DNA of 64,000 bases, from the NCBI GenBank assembly GCA_041674885.1, contig JBAYUZ010000001.1:37804-101803 (forward strand), read 5' to 3'. Shown piece after piece: positions 29,802 through 42,499 of the stretch. Within the stretch, counting starts at the first letter, position 1, and every line of letters starts with the position of its first letter. This stretch comes from Dehalococcoidia bacterium (GTDB taxonomy: Bacteria; Chloroflexota; Dehalococcoidia; UBA2979). The notes under the pieces were generated by a model, which saw only the letters and a list, made by a program, of their open reading frames with translations, did no database searches and was not told the DNA's origin. The position numbers and the translations under genes were made by a program.

Positions 29802-31661
29802 CTACCCGTCCGCGAGCAGGTCGCGCACCGCCTGCGCGATGTGCGTCGCATCAATGCCCGCCACGCCACGCAGCTCCGCGGGCTGCCCCGACCCCGGCAG
29901 CTCACGCACCGCCAGCAGACGGACGCGCGCCGATGCATCCGAGGCTGCCAGCGCGCTCAGCACCGCCTCGCCCAGCCCGCCCTCCGCCTGGTGATCCTCC
30001 ACGGTGACGATGCGTCCCGTCTCCACCGCCGCGGTTCGCAGCACCTCCGCGTCGATCGGCTTCACCGAGTACGCGTCGATCACCCGCACCACGACGCCCT
30101 CATCCGCGAGCTGCTGTGCCGCTGCCAGCGCCTCGTGCACCGTGATCCCCGCGGCGACCACCGTCGCGCGATCCTCGGTCGAGGCGCGGAGCACGCGCGA
30201 TCCGCCGACCGCGAACGCCTCGCCCGACGCGTAGATCACGGGCGTCGCCTCGCGCGTCGTACGCAGGTACACGATGCCGTCGAGGTCGGCCATCGCGTCC
30301 ACCAGCCACGCGGTCTGGTTCGCGTCGCACGGGTACAACACCGTGCTCCCCAGCACCGCGCGGAACATCGCGAGGTCCTCGAGCCCCATCTGCGACGGCC
30401 CGTCCTCCCCCACTGACACGCCCGCGTGCGATCCCACCAGCTTCACGTTCGCGCGGCTCACCGCCGCCATCCGCACGAAGTCGTACGAGCGCGCCTGGAA
30501 CGCTGCGAACGTCGAGGCGTACGGCGTCCAGCCCCGCACCTGTGTTGCCACCGCCGTCGCCACCAGCTGCTGCTCCGCGATGAACAGCTCGATGTACCGC
30601 TCCGGGTGCGCCTGCGCGAACAGCTCCGCATACGTCGAGTTCTTCACCTCGGCGTCGAGCGCCACGATGTCGCCTCGCGCTGACCCGAGCGCCGCCAGCG
30701 CCTCGCCGTACGCGCGCCGCGTCGACATCTGCGACCCCAGCGCGTACTGCGGCGCGACCAGCGAGGTGTTCACAGGCGCCCGCATCACCACGCCGTCGCC
30801 CGACGGCGGCGTGACCACCACATGCACCGCCTGCGCGCCGCCCAGCGCCTCGATCGCCCCCTTCGCGTCATCGAGCGGTCGGCCGTGCTGTCCCTCGCGA
30901 TCCGCGACCGCCGGCGCACCCTCCCCCTTCACCGTGCGCGCCACGATCAGCGTCGGTCGCGCCTCCTCGGTGACCGCCAGCCGGTACGCCTGGTCGATCG
31001 CCTGCAGGTCGTGCCCGTCGATCTCGATCGCCGTCCAGCCGCACGCCCGTGCGCGCGCGCTGTACGCGCCCAGATCCCAGCCGTGCATCGTCGGCCCGCT
31101 CTGCCCCAGCCGGTTCACATCGAGGATCGCCGTGAGGTTGCCCAGCCCCCAGTAGCCTGCGTGCTCCAGTGCCTCCCACATCGACCCCTCGGCCATCTCG
31201 CCGTCGCCGCAGAGCACCCACGTGCGGTAGTCGAGGTGGTCGAGTCGCCGCGCGGTGAGCGCCAGGCCGACGCCGATCGGCAGCCCCTGCCCCAGGGAGC
31301 CGGTCGCCACGTCCACCCACGGCAGCACCGGCGTCGGGTGGCCCTGCAGGCGACTGCCCAGCGTGCGGAACGTCAGCAGCTCCGCATCGCTCACCGCACC
31401 CGCCGCGTGGAACATCGCGTACAACAGCGGGGAGGCGTGCCCCTTCGAGAAGATGAGGTGGTCGTTCGTCGCGCGCTCCGGGTGCGCGAAGTCATAGCGC
31501 AGGTAGCCCGCCAGCAGCACCGCCATGAGGTCGGCGGCGGACAGCGAGGACGTGGGGTGCCCGGAGTGCGCCGCCGCGCTCACGCGGATCGAGTCGACGC
31601 GCAACGCCGCTGCAAGGTCTCGCCACTGGTCGATGCGTTCACGGGTCGTGTGAGTCTGCAT
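29802..31661 (-). CDS. tkt: Transketolase
   Basis: TPP-binding HSGHP... and GDG motifs. A ~619-aa short-form TKT. Start at MQTHTTRERIDQW. Confidence 0.85.
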   Translation of the reverse strand: MQTHTTRERIDQWRDLAAALRVDSIRVSAAAHSGHPTSSLSAADLMAVLLAGYLRYDFAHPERATNDHLIFSKGHASPLLYAMFHAAGAVSDAELLTFRTLGSRLQGHPTPVLPWVDVATGSLGQGLPIGVGLALTARRLDHLDYRTWVLCGDGEMAEGSMWEALEHAGYWGLGNLTAILDVNRLGQSGPTMHGWDLGAYSARARACGWTAIEIDGHDLQAIDQAYRLAVTEEARPTLIVARTVKGEGAPAVADREGQHGRPLDDAKGAIEALGGAQAVHVVVTPPSGDGVVMRAPVNTSLVAPQYALGSQMSTRRAYGEALAALGSARGDIVALDAEVKNSTYAELFAQAHPERYIELFIAEQQLVATAVATQVRGWTPYASTFAAFQARSYDFVRMAAVSRANVKLVGSHAGVSVGEDGPSQMGLEDLAMFRAVLGSTVLYPCDANQTAWLVDAMADLDGIVYLRTTREATPVIYASGEAFAVGGSRVLRASTEDRATVVAAGITVHEALAAAQQLADEGVVVRVIDAYSVKPIDAEVLRTAAVETGRIVTVEDHQAEGGLGEAVLSALAASDASARVRLLAVRELPGSGQPAELRGVAGIDATHIAQAVRDLLADG

Positions 31662-31736
31662 ACGCCGAGCGTAGGAACCGCGTGCTGGCGATTCCGCGCC
31701 CACCTCGCGCGCCACGTTGCAGCGCGCTCACAACCG

Positions 31737-32405
31737 CTATGCGTCGCCCCTGCCGTCCAGGCGCGCGATCACCGTCGTCCCCGCCGCGACCCGCTCCCCG
31801 GCCGCAACGAGCACCTGCGTCCCCGCGGGCAGCCGCAGCGTGACCTGCGATCCGAACTTGATCATCCCCAGCCGCTGCCCCTGCTCGACGCGATCCCCCG
31901 CCTCGACCCAGGTGACGATGCGCCGCGCGACCAGCCCGCTGATCTGCGTCACCGTGCACGGCCCCGCCGAGGTCTCCAGGTACGTCGCCAGCTGGTTGTT
32001 GCCGTGCGTCGCCGCCTCGGTCATCGCGGGACGGTAGCCGCCCGCCTTCCGCCGCACCCCCAGCACCGTCCCCGCCAGCGGGAACCGCTGCACGTGCACG
32101 TTCCAGAGCGCGAGGAAGATCGCGACCTCCACCATCTCAGTCTGCCAGTAGTCGTCGAACACCGGCCCGACGCGCAGCACCGTGCCGTCGGCGGGCGAGA
32201 GTGCGACGCTCGCGTCGGCCTGCACCGCGCGCTCGGGGTCGCGGAACGCGTACCAGACCAGGCCCGCCGCGACGAACGCCGCGATACCGACCGGCGGCAC
32301 GAGGAGCAACGAGAGAGCACCGATCACACCGAGCGGCAGCAAGAGCGCCGCACCCTCAGTCAGCGGCCGCCAGCGGCCGCTCCCCCGCGGTCGAGGCGCC
32401 GTCAA
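31737..32405 (-). CDS. psd: Phosphatidylserine decarboxylase (small archaeal-type Psd proenzyme)
   Basis: About 220 aa, N-terminal TM, Psd family, with the GMIKFGS self-cleavage-type motif. Confidence 0.75.
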   Translation of the reverse strand: MTAPRPRGSGRWRPLTEGAALLLPLGVIGALSLLLVPPVGIAAFVAAGLVWYAFRDPERAVQADASVALSPADGTVLRVGPVFDDYWQTEMVEVAIFLALWNVHVQRFPLAGTVLGVRRKAGGYRPAMTEAATHGNNQLATYLETSAGPCTVTQISGLVARRIVTWVEAGDRVEQGQRLGMIKFGSQVTLRLPAGTQVLVAAGERVAAGTTVIARLDGRGDA

Positions 32406-32995
32406 CGCTTGCGAGGCTGGCGAGCGTGCAGCAACAGCACCGGCGGCACATTCAGCGGGTGAAACTCGCGCCGCACCTGCTCGAACTCCGCGCGCAGGTA
32501 CGGCAGTAGGAACGTCGGATGGTACTGCAGCGCCACCAGCACGCCACCGGGGCGCAGCGCCTCGCCGGCCGCGTGGAGCACGGCTCGCGTCAGCTCCGGC
32601 CCCATCAAGCTGAACGGCAGCGAGGAGATCACGGCGTCGAAGCCCTGCTCCAGCTCTCGCTTGGCGTACGCTGCCACCTGCTCCGCCGACTCCTGCAGCA
32701 GCTCGAAGCGTGCGTCATCCACGTGCTCGCGCAGGTGCTCCAGGAACGGCTCGTAGATCTCGAAGCCGACCAGGTGCCCGTGTCGGGGCAGCGCCGCCAG
32801 CAGCTCGTGCGTGATCGCGCCGGTGCCCGGCCCCAGCTCCGCGACGTGCGTGGCCTCGCCCAGGCCGCCCAGCCGAGCCATGTGGCGCGCAACGCCCCGA
32901 CTCGTCGCCTTCACGGCGCCGATGGTGTTACGAGCGGACAGGAATGCCTTCAGGAACGAGGACGATGCGCCCTCAGGGGCGGGGCGAGGGGGCAC
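32402..32995 (-). CDS. Class I SAM-dependent methyltransferase (candidate phospholipid N-methyltransferase by context)
   Basis: SAM-binding motif VAELGPGTGAIT. Sits between pssA and psd with 4-nt and 23-nt overlaps. Confidence 0.55.
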   Translation of the reverse strand: MPPRPAPEGASSSFLKAFLSARNTIGAVKATSRGVARHMARLGGLGEATHVAELGPGTGAITHELLAALPRHGHLVGFEIYEPFLEHLREHVDDARFELLQESAEQVAAYAKRELEQGFDAVISSLPFSLMGPELTRAVLHAAGEALRPGGVLVALQYHPTFLLPYLRAEFEQVRREFHPLNVPPVLLLHARQPRKR

Positions 32996-33749
32996 CGGTG
33001 ACCTCCGCGACGGAGCTGTTGCCTTCGTGATCCACGAACCGGCTCACCAGCCCCCACACAAGGTACAGGCCGATCCCCCCGGCGGCGATCAGAGCCACCG
33101 TCTCCAGCTGCGGCCACAACACCACAGGCACCAGCACCGGCACCGCGAACGGCAGCAGCTTCCCCCGCGCCTTCGAGAGCGTGGGGAACGGGTACGTGCT
33201 GACCATCAAGGCGCCCAGCAGCAGGCCCGCGCCCGAAGCGATCACCGTGCGGCCGGCCAGCGGCCCGGTCACGATCGCGGCGAACAGCACCCCCGCCGCC
33301 GTGATCGGTAGACCCGAGAAGCTGCTGGTCGCTGGCCGCGTGTTGTACCGCGCGAGGCGGAACATGCCCGCCGCGACGAACACGAGGCCCACCGCGAACC
33401 GCAGGATGTCCGGCTCACCCGAGTAGTACGAGATGAAGAGGAACGCCGGCGCAGCACCGAACGTGACCACATCCGACAGCGAGTCCAGCTGCTGCCCCAT
33501 CGGCCCCGCCACCGACAATCGGCGGGCCAGTACGCCGTCCGCGCCGTCGAAGACGCCGGCAAGCAGGATCAGGCGGAACGACCACGCCCACTGCCCGGTG
33601 CTGGCCGCCTCGAACGCGCCGAGGCCACATGCCAATGCGAGCACGGTGATTGCCTGTGGAATCAGTTCGCGGCGGCGCACGTACGGCCTCCAGCGTCCGG
33701 TCGCCTCGCGACCGTCGTCCCGTCCACCGAGGCGAGGCGGGACAGGCAT
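32973..33749 (-). CDS. pssA: CDP-alcohol phosphatidyltransferase (phosphatidylserine synthase-like)
   Basis: DG(x)2AR...G(x)3D(x)3D signature (DGADGVLARRL...GQQLDSLSDVV). Polytopic. Confidence 0.7.
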   Translation of the reverse strand: MPVPPRLGGRDDGREATGRWRPYVRRRELIPQAITVLALACGLGAFEAASTGQWAWSFRLILLAGVFDGADGVLARRLSVAGPMGQQLDSLSDVVTFGAAPAFLFISYYSGEPDILRFAVGLVFVAAGMFRLARYNTRPATSSFSGLPITAAGVLFAAIVTGPLAGRTVIASGAGLLLGALMVSTYPFPTLSKARGKLLPFAVPVLVPVVLWPQLETVALIAAGGIGLYLVWGLVSRFVDHEGNSSVAEVTGAPSPRP

Positions 33750-33916
33750 TACAGCTTCGTATCACTCGCACGCTAGCACGCCGTCGCCCGGAGCGGCACC
33801 CTGTCCCGCCTCGCAAACGCGTTACGTGATAACAGGTCGTATGACCTTCGGCACCCCTGCGCCGCCGCTGCGGCCTGCCGAATATCACCACACGCGCCGC
33901 AGCCGGGGACAGCCCC

Positions 33917-35410
33917 ATGGAGACGACTGTGAACGAGGAACTGCTGGCAGGCATCCTGAGCTCCCCACGGCTGCCCACTCCACCTTCCGTGGCGCTCCAG
34001 GTCATCGACCTCGTGCAGGACCCATCCGTCAGCACCGTCGCGCTCGCGTCGACGATCGGCGCCGATCCGGCGCTCACCGCGCGCGTCCTCCGCACCGCCA
34101 ACTCCTCGTTCTACGCGCAGGCACGCACCATCAAGACGGTCAACGAAGCGATCGTGCTGCTGGGCCTGAACAACGTCCGCACGCTGGCCCTCGGCTTCTC
34201 GCTCGTGGACACGTTTCGCGCGAACCAGTCGGGGCTCTTCGACTTCGACGCCTTCTGGCGGCGCAGCGTCACCGCCGCGTCCGCCGCTCGTGCGGTCGCC
34301 GCGCTCTCCAGCACGACCCGCAAAGAGGAGGCGTTCCTCGCCGGCCTCATGCTCAAGATCGGCGTGCTCGCGCTGAACTCCGCCCTCGGTGACCGCTACG
34401 GCAACCTGTTCCGCCTCGCCGGCGGCGACTATCACCGCCTCATCGAGATCGAGCGCGAGCGCCTCGACCTCGACCACGCCGCCGTCGGCGCCGCCCTCTC
34501 CGAGGATTGGCGGCTCCCCACGCAGCTCACCGAGGCGATCCGCCTGCACATCACCCCCGACTTCGCGTCGGAGGCGGGCACCTGGCTGGCACACGTGAGC
34601 GCCCTGAGCGACGACATCGCCTGCGCGTTCACGACCGTCGACGTGCCCAGTGCCGTCGACACTGCCCGCCACCACGCCGTGCAGTGGTTCGACTTCGACG
34701 AGTCGACCACCGACCGCCTGCTCACCGAGGTGCACGCCGCCACCGGCTCCATGCAGCGGCTGTTCGACCTCGATCCCGGCGCCATGCCGGCTGCCGAGGA
34801 ACTCCTGGGCCGCGCGAACGAGGCCCTCACCCAGATCTCGCTGCAGAGCAGCCTGGAGGCGACCCGTCTCGCCCAGGAGAACCGCCAGCTCGCCGAGGCC
34901 GCCTCGACCGACGCCGTCACCGGCGTCGCCAACCGCCGCCACTTCGATGAGTTCCTGGCGGAGCAGTACCGCATCGCCGTCCGCTACCACCAGCCGTTCA
35001 GCATCGCCATCGTCGACCTGGACAACTTCAAGATCGTGAACGACTCCTACGGCCACGGTGCCGGCGACGAGGTGCTCGCCACCGTCGCGACCGCGCTCCG
35101 CGACCAGGCCCGCAGCGCCGACCTCGTCGCCCGCATCGGCGGCGACGAGTTCGCCGTCGCGATGCCCGGCACCGACCTCCGCGGCGCCTACGAGGCCGCC
35201 GAGCGCCTCCGTGCCGCCGTCGCGCGCACCTGCGCCAACATGCCCACCACGCCCGGGCTGCCCGTCACCGCCAGCCTCGGCGTCGCCGAGCTCGACGTGG
35301 CGCGCCACGGCAGCCCGCTGGCGCTGATGGCGGACGCCGACCGCGGCGTCTACGCGGCGAAGGCGTTCGGCCGGAACCGCGTCGCGGACGCCTTCTCGAA
35401 CGCCGCCTAG
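33917..35410 (+). CDS. HDOD-domain / GGDEF-domain diguanylate cyclase
   Basis: N-terminal HDOD-like region, coiled-coil linker, and an intact GGDEF active site (RIGGDEF). Confidence 0.8.
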   Translation: METTVNEELLAGILSSPRLPTPPSVALQVIDLVQDPSVSTVALASTIGADPALTARVLRTANSSFYAQARTIKTVNEAIVLLGLNNVRTLALGFSLVDTFRANQSGLFDFDAFWRRSVTAASAARAVAALSSTTRKEEAFLAGLMLKIGVLALNSALGDRYGNLFRLAGGDYHRLIEIERERLDLDHAAVGAALSEDWRLPTQLTEAIRLHITPDFASEAGTWLAHVSALSDDIACAFTTVDVPSAVDTARHHAVQWFDFDESTTDRLLTEVHAATGSMQRLFDLDPGAMPAAEELLGRANEALTQISLQSSLEATRLAQENRQLAEAASTDAVTGVANRRHFDEFLAEQYRIAVRYHQPFSIAIVDLDNFKIVNDSYGHGAGDEVLATVATALRDQARSADLVARIGGDEFAVAMPGTDLRGAYEAAERLRAAVARTCANMPTTPGLPVTASLGVAELDVARHGSPLALMADADRGVYAAKAFGRNRVADAFSNAA

Positions 35411-35485
35411 CACCTGACGGCCCGCGCCCCTGTCGCGCCCCACGCGCGGCGCTATCCTGAGTGGGTACGCGCGAGGGGGTTCCGC

Positions 35486-36220
35486 ATGGCTCTGGACACG
35501 CAGCAGGTCGAGGCGCTCGCCGCCGAGCTGGATGCCGCGCATCCCGCCGACATCATCGAGCGCGCCCTCCGCGAGTACGGTGCAGAGCTCGCGATCTCCT
35601 TCAGCGGCGCAGAGGACGTCGTCCTCGTCGACATGGCCCACCGCGCGAAGCTGCCGTTCCGCGTGTTCACGCTCGACACCGGCCGCCTGCACGCGCAGAC
35701 CTACCGCTTCCTGGACACCGTCCGCGACCGCTACGGCGTGCCGATCGAGGCCCACAACCCGCAGGCCGAGGCCGTGCAGGCCCTCGTCCGCGAGAAGGGC
35801 CTCTTCTCCTTCTTCAACGACGGCCACGAGGAGTGCTGCGGCATCCGTAAGGTGGAGCCGCTGCGCCGCGCGCTCGCCTCGGCGCCCGCGTACGTGACCG
35901 GCCAGCGCCGCGACCAGAGCCCCGGCACCCGTGCCGCGATCCCGGTCGTGCAGATCGACACCGCGTTCTCGACGCCGGAGCGCACGCTCGTAAAGTTCAA
36001 CCCGCTCGCCAACTGGTCATCCGCGAAGGTCTGGCAGTGGATCCGCGAGCACGACGTGCCCTACAACCCGCTCCACGACATCGGCTTCCGCTCGATCGGC
36101 TGCGAGCCGTGCACCCGCGCCACCAACCCCGGCGAGCACGAGCGCGAGGGCCGCTGGTGGTGGGAAGAGGCCACGAAGCGCGAGTGCGGCCTCCACATCA
36201 TCAACCTCGGCAACGAGTAG
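35486..36220 (+). CDS. cysH: Adenylyl-sulfate (APS) reductase, thioredoxin-dependent, [4Fe-4S] type
   Basis: PAPS-reductase fold. The CC...CxxC cysteine pairs (ECCGIRK, CEPCTRA) are typical of APS- rather than PAPS-specific enzymes. Confidence 0.85.
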   Translation: MALDTQQVEALAAELDAAHPADIIERALREYGAELAISFSGAEDVVLVDMAHRAKLPFRVFTLDTGRLHAQTYRFLDTVRDRYGVPIEAHNPQAEAVQALVREKGLFSFFNDGHEECCGIRKVEPLRRALASAPAYVTGQRRDQSPGTRAAIPVVQIDTAFSTPERTLVKFNPLANWSSAKVWQWIREHDVPYNPLHDIGFRSIGCEPCTRATNPGEHEREGRWWWEEATKRECGLHIINLGNE

Positions 36221-36229
36221 GGAACTCTG

Positions 36230-36718
36230 ATGGGAAACGCTCTTCGTGGATTCTGGGCGCTGCGTTGGGCCATCAAGGGACCGATCCTGGCCGTGGTAGC
36301 ACTTTTCGTGCTTGGTGCATTTGCTCCGGATGCCGAGACGCAACCGACATCGTCGTCGTCCACTCCTCAGGCGACATCGCAGGCGGGTGGATCGCAGAAC
36401 TCGACACCAGTGCCCCCCGCAACGCCGTCGGCAACACCTGCGCTCGCCACGTCGACCGCCACCGCGGCGGCGCCTCGCAGCACGTCGCAAACCACGGCGA
36501 CCCCGGCGCCAGCCGCTCCAAGCACGGCGACGACAGCACCAACCTCGAACGCACCGACGACGCAGCCGCCGAGCAGCACCGCAACCGTTGCAGCCAGCGT
36601 CTCATATCCAAGCTGCGATGCGGCTCGCGCGGCGGGTGTGGCTCCGATGAAGCGGGGAGAGCCTGGCTACCGCCCCGGTCTCGACCGCGACAACGATGGG
36701 ATCGCCTGCGACGACTGA
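36230..36718 (+). CDS. Membrane-anchored Excalibur calcium-binding domain protein with a Ser/Thr/Pro-rich linker
   Basis: N-terminal TM helix, low-complexity STP-rich region, and a C-terminal DRDNDGIACD Excalibur motif. Confidence 0.7.
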   Translation: MGNALRGFWALRWAIKGPILAVVALFVLGAFAPDAETQPTSSSSTPQATSQAGGSQNSTPVPPATPSATPALATSTATAAAPRSTSQTTATPAPAAPSTATTAPTSNAPTTQPPSSTATVAASVSYPSCDAARAAGVAPMKRGEPGYRPGLDRDNDGIACDD

Positions 36719-36721
36719 CCG

Positions 36722-37159
36722 CTACGACCCCGGCTCGATGATGTAGTTGCCCTGCAGCACCACGTACTGGCACCGCGCGAGGACGACCACGCGCCCGTCG
36801 CGCGTCGTGATGCGCACATCGTAGGTGCCGCCACGCTTCGTCTTCACCAGCTCCTCGCCGTCCGCGACCAGCTCGTCGCCCAACTGCCCCGCCGAGACGT
36901 ACGTGACGAGCGCCGACTGCGTCACCGCCTGCTCGTTGTGCGTCATGCACGCCCAGCCCGCCGCCTGGTCGGCCAGCAACGCCGAGTACCCGCCGTGCAG
37001 CGTGCCCTTCGAGTTCACCATGTCCTCGCGCACCGGCATCACGGCGCGCGCCCGCCCGAGCGATCCCGACTCGATCGTGATGCCGAGCGCCTTCGCCACG
37101 GGGTTGCGATCGCGCACCGTCTCCAGCACGCGCATCACGTCGATCGCCTCGGTCGTCAT
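36722..37159 (-). CDS. Hotdog-fold thioesterase (PaaI/PaaD-like)
   Basis: PaaI-family similarity (GTLHGGYSALLADQAAGWA). Start at MTTEAIDV. Confidence 0.7.
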   Translation of the reverse strand: MTTEAIDVMRVLETVRDRNPVAKALGITIESGSLGRARAVMPVREDMVNSKGTLHGGYSALLADQAAGWACMTHNEQAVTQSALVTYVSAGQLGDELVADGEELVKTKRGGTYDVRITTRDGRVVVLARCQYVVLQGNYIIEPGS

Positions 37160-37227
37160 CGTCGCCCCCTCCCCACCCAACCTCGAAGCCTCAGCCTCGA
37201 ACGTCCCGCGATGATACCGTCCCGCGC

Positions 37228-37743
37228 ATGAGCGACTGGCGCGACTACCTGGGACTCGCGGACGAGGTGCTGCTGGCGCAGTGCGCCTTCGACCGCTTCC
37301 GCGCCTCCGGCCCCGGCGGCCAGAAGCGCAACAAGACGGAGTCCGCCGTGCGCCTCCGCCACACCCCCACCGGCCTGACCGGCGAGGCGAACGAGTCGCG
37401 GAGCCAGCACGAGAACCGCGCGCGCGCCCTCCGCCGCCTGCGCCTGACGCTCGCCGTCACGCTGCGTGCGCCCGTCGACCTCGACACCTACGCACCGAGC
37501 GCGCCGCTCGCCGCCGCGCTGCGCCGTGCCCCCGGCCGCCGCGCCCCCGACCTGCTCACCACACTCGCCGAGGCGTGCGATGTGCTCGAGGCGTGCGCGT
37601 GGCGCATCTCGGACGCCGCCACGCACCTCGGCTCGAGCAGCGCGGCGGTCAGCCGTCTGCTCGCCGTCGACGACGAGGTGTGGCGCGCCGTCGCCGAGCG
37701 GCGGCAGGCGCTCGGCCTCCCCGCGCTGCGCGCCCGCGACTGA
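37228..37743 (+). CDS. RF-1 domain (GGQ motif) peptidyl-tRNA hydrolase-like protein, ArfB-like ribosome-rescue factor candidate
   Basis: [19 protein letters not shown] is a class-I release-factor catalytic motif. Short protein with no codon-recognition domain. Confidence 0.65.
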   Translation: MSDWRDYLGLADEVLLAQCAFDRFRASGPGGQKRNKTESAVRLRHTPTGLTGEANESRSQHENRARALRRLRLTLAVTLRAPVDLDTYAPSAPLAAALRRAPGRRAPDLLTTLAEACDVLEACAWRISDAATHLGSSSAAVSRLLAVDDEVWRAVAERRQALGLPALRARD

Positions 37744-37829
37744 CGCACGCCATCACGGCAGCCACACGGTCCGGAGGCGCGTCCCCTCGGCCCCGCCTAT
37801 CATGGTCATGCAGCATTCGAGGGGTTCAC

Positions 37830-38891
37830 ATGGATCGCGCCGCCCGCCTGCACGCCCTCCACGACGCACTCCGCGAGCGCATCCTCGTGCTCGACGGCGC
37901 GTGGGGCAGCCTGATCCAGCGCTATGGGCTGGAGGACGCCGACTTCCGCGGCACCCGCTTCGCGAACTGGCCCGCCGACCTGAAGGGCAACCCCGACCTG
38001 CTCAACCTCACGCGCCCCGACATCGTGCGCGAGATCCACGACCGCTACATCGAGGCCGGGTGCGACATCACCTCGACCAACACGTTCACCTCCAACCGCA
38101 TCGCCCAGGCCGACTACCGCCTGGAGGACGTCGCGCAGGAGATGAACGAGGCCGGCGCGCGCATCGCCCGCGAGGCCGCCGATGCCGCGCAGGCGCGCGA
38201 CGGTCGCCTCCGCTGGGTCGCGGGCTCGATCGGCCCCACCAACCGCACCGCCTCGATCTCCCCGGACGTGAACGACCCCGGCGCGCGCAACGTGACCTTC
38301 GAGGACCTCCGCGCCGCCTACGCCGAGGCCGTGCGCGGCCTGATGGACGGCGGCGCCGACATCCTGCTCATCGAGACGATCACCGACACCCTGAACGCGA
38401 AGGCAGCCGTCTTCGCCGCCGAAGACGTGTTCGAGGAGCGTGGCGAGGAGGCGGCGATCATCCTGAGCGGCACGATCGTCGACCGTTCCGGCCGCACCCT
38501 CTCCGGGCAGACGCTGGAGGCGTTCTGGACCTCGCTCTCCCACGCCCGCCCGCTTGCGATCGGCCTCAACTGCGCGCTCGGCCCGCAGGAGCTGCGCGCG
38601 CACATCGCGGAGCTCGCGCGTATCGCCGACGTGCCCGTCGCCGCCTACCCCAACGCCGGCCTGCCGAACGAGTTCGGCGGCTACGACGAGACGCCGGAGC
38701 AGATGGCCGCCGCGCTCGGCGCGTGGGCCGGCGAGGGCATCGTGAACATCGTTGGCTCCTGCTGCGGCAGCACCCCGGAACACACGCGCGCGATCGTCGA
38801 GGCCGTGCGCGGCCTCCGGCCGCACGTCATCCCGGATCACCGCGCGACGATGCAGCTCGCGGGCCTCGAATCCGTCGAGATCGGCGCCTAG
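37830..38891 (+). CDS. metH: Methionine synthase MetH, homocysteine S-methyltransferase (Hcy-binding) domain, encoded as a separate ORF
   Basis: Hcy-binding domain with the zinc-ligand cysteines ([18 protein letters not shown]). Ends at a TAG at 38889-38891; the next ORF starts in frame at the adjacent ATG. Confidence 0.85.
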   Translation: MDRAARLHALHDALRERILVLDGAWGSLIQRYGLEDADFRGTRFANWPADLKGNPDLLNLTRPDIVREIHDRYIEAGCDITSTNTFTSNRIAQADYRLEDVAQEMNEAGARIAREAADAAQARDGRLRWVAGSIGPTNRTASISPDVNDPGARNVTFEDLRAAYAEAVRGLMDGGADILLIETITDTLNAKAAVFAAEDVFEERGEEAAIILSGTIVDRSGRTLSGQTLEAFWTSLSHARPLAIGLNCALGPQELRAHIAELARIADVPVAAYPNAGLPNEFGGYDETPEQMAAALGAWAGEGIVNIVGSCCGSTPEHTRAIVEAVRGLRPHVIPDHRATMQLAGLESVEIGA

Positions 38892-41570
<2,679 letters not shown>

Positions 41571-41580
41571 TCGTTCGTCG

Positions 41581-42438
41581 CTACGCGCCGAAGCCGAGGT
41601 TGCGCGCGATCGTGCGCGCCGGCTCGCTGAAGTTGAGCGTGTACAGGTGCACGCCCGGCGCGCCCGCCGCCAGCAGCGCCTCACCGAGGCGCGTCGCGAC
41701 GTCGATCGCGATCTCGCGCCGCGCATCGAGGTCCTCGCCCGCCGCCTCCAGGCACGTGCGCAGCGCCGCCGGGAACTCGGTGCCGTTCATCGCCGACATC
41801 GCGGCGACGCGGTCGGCGTTCGTCGGCGGCATCACGCCCGGGATCACCGGCGTCGTCACGCCGCGCGCTGCCATCGCCTCGACGAACCGCTCGTAGTGCG
41901 CGACGTCGAAGAAGAACTGCGTGATCGCGAAGTCTGCCGCCGCCAGCTTCTGCGCGTGGTGATCGAGGTCGTCCGCCCGCGACGCCGCGCGCGGGTGCCC
42001 CTCCGGGTGCGCCGCCACGCCGATCGCCCAGTCCACCCGCTCCCGCACGAACCGCACGAGGTCGATTGCGAGCCGGAAATGCTCGCTCGGCAGCTCCGAG
42101 GATCCGTCCGGCAGGTCGCCGTGCAGCGCCAGCAGGTTGCGCACGCCCATCGCCTGGTACGCATCGATCACCGCGCCAACCTCGGCGCGCGTGTGCGCGA
42201 CGCAGGTGAGGTGCGGCATCGCCGTCGTGCCGCGATCGAGGATGCCGCGCACGACCTCGCTCGTCGGCCCACGCGAGGATCCGCCCGCGCCGTAGGTCAC
42301 CGACATGAACGCCGGCCGCAGCGCCGACAGTCGGTCGATCGTGCGCGCCAGCCGCTCCTGCCCCTCGGCATCCCGAGGCGCGGAGAACTCGAACGACAGC
42401 GTGCGCCCGGCAGCGAGCAGGTCAGGGATGCGAGTCAT
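41581..42438 (-). CDS. metF: 5,10-methylenetetrahydrofolate reductase
   Basis: MetF family (FEFSAPRD...VTYGAGG...HLTC). Start at MTRIPDLL with GGAG 6 nt upstream. The track ORF is extended upstream. Confidence 0.85.
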   Translation of the reverse strand: MTRIPDLLAAGRTLSFEFSAPRDAEGQERLARTIDRLSALRPAFMSVTYGAGGSSRGPTSEVVRGILDRGTTAMPHLTCVAHTRAEVGAVIDAYQAMGVRNLLALHGDLPDGSSELPSEHFRLAIDLVRFVRERVDWAIGVAAHPEGHPRAASRADDLDHHAQKLAAADFAITQFFFDVAHYERFVEAMAARGVTTPVIPGVMPPTNADRVAAMSAMNGTEFPAALRTCLEAAGEDLDARREIAIDVATRLGEALLAAGAPGVHLYTLNFSEPARTIARNLGFGA

Positions 42439-42499
42439 GCGCTCCATCATTGCCGCCGCGCGCGCGAGCGTACAGCGCGGCATCGCACCGGCCCCTCGG

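Noticed and set aside
36330-36620. Low-complexity repetitive DNA inside the Excalibur gene as a tandem repeat or VNTR
   Set aside because: It encodes a Ser/Thr/Pro/Ala-rich linker without an exact repeating nucleotide unit. It is compositional bias rather than a tandem repeat.
37744-37829. Riboswitch (SAM, B12 or THF) upstream of metH
   Set aside because: The leader is only about 85 nt and lacks the conserved cores of those aptamers. B12-dependent metH is not typically riboswitch-controlled.
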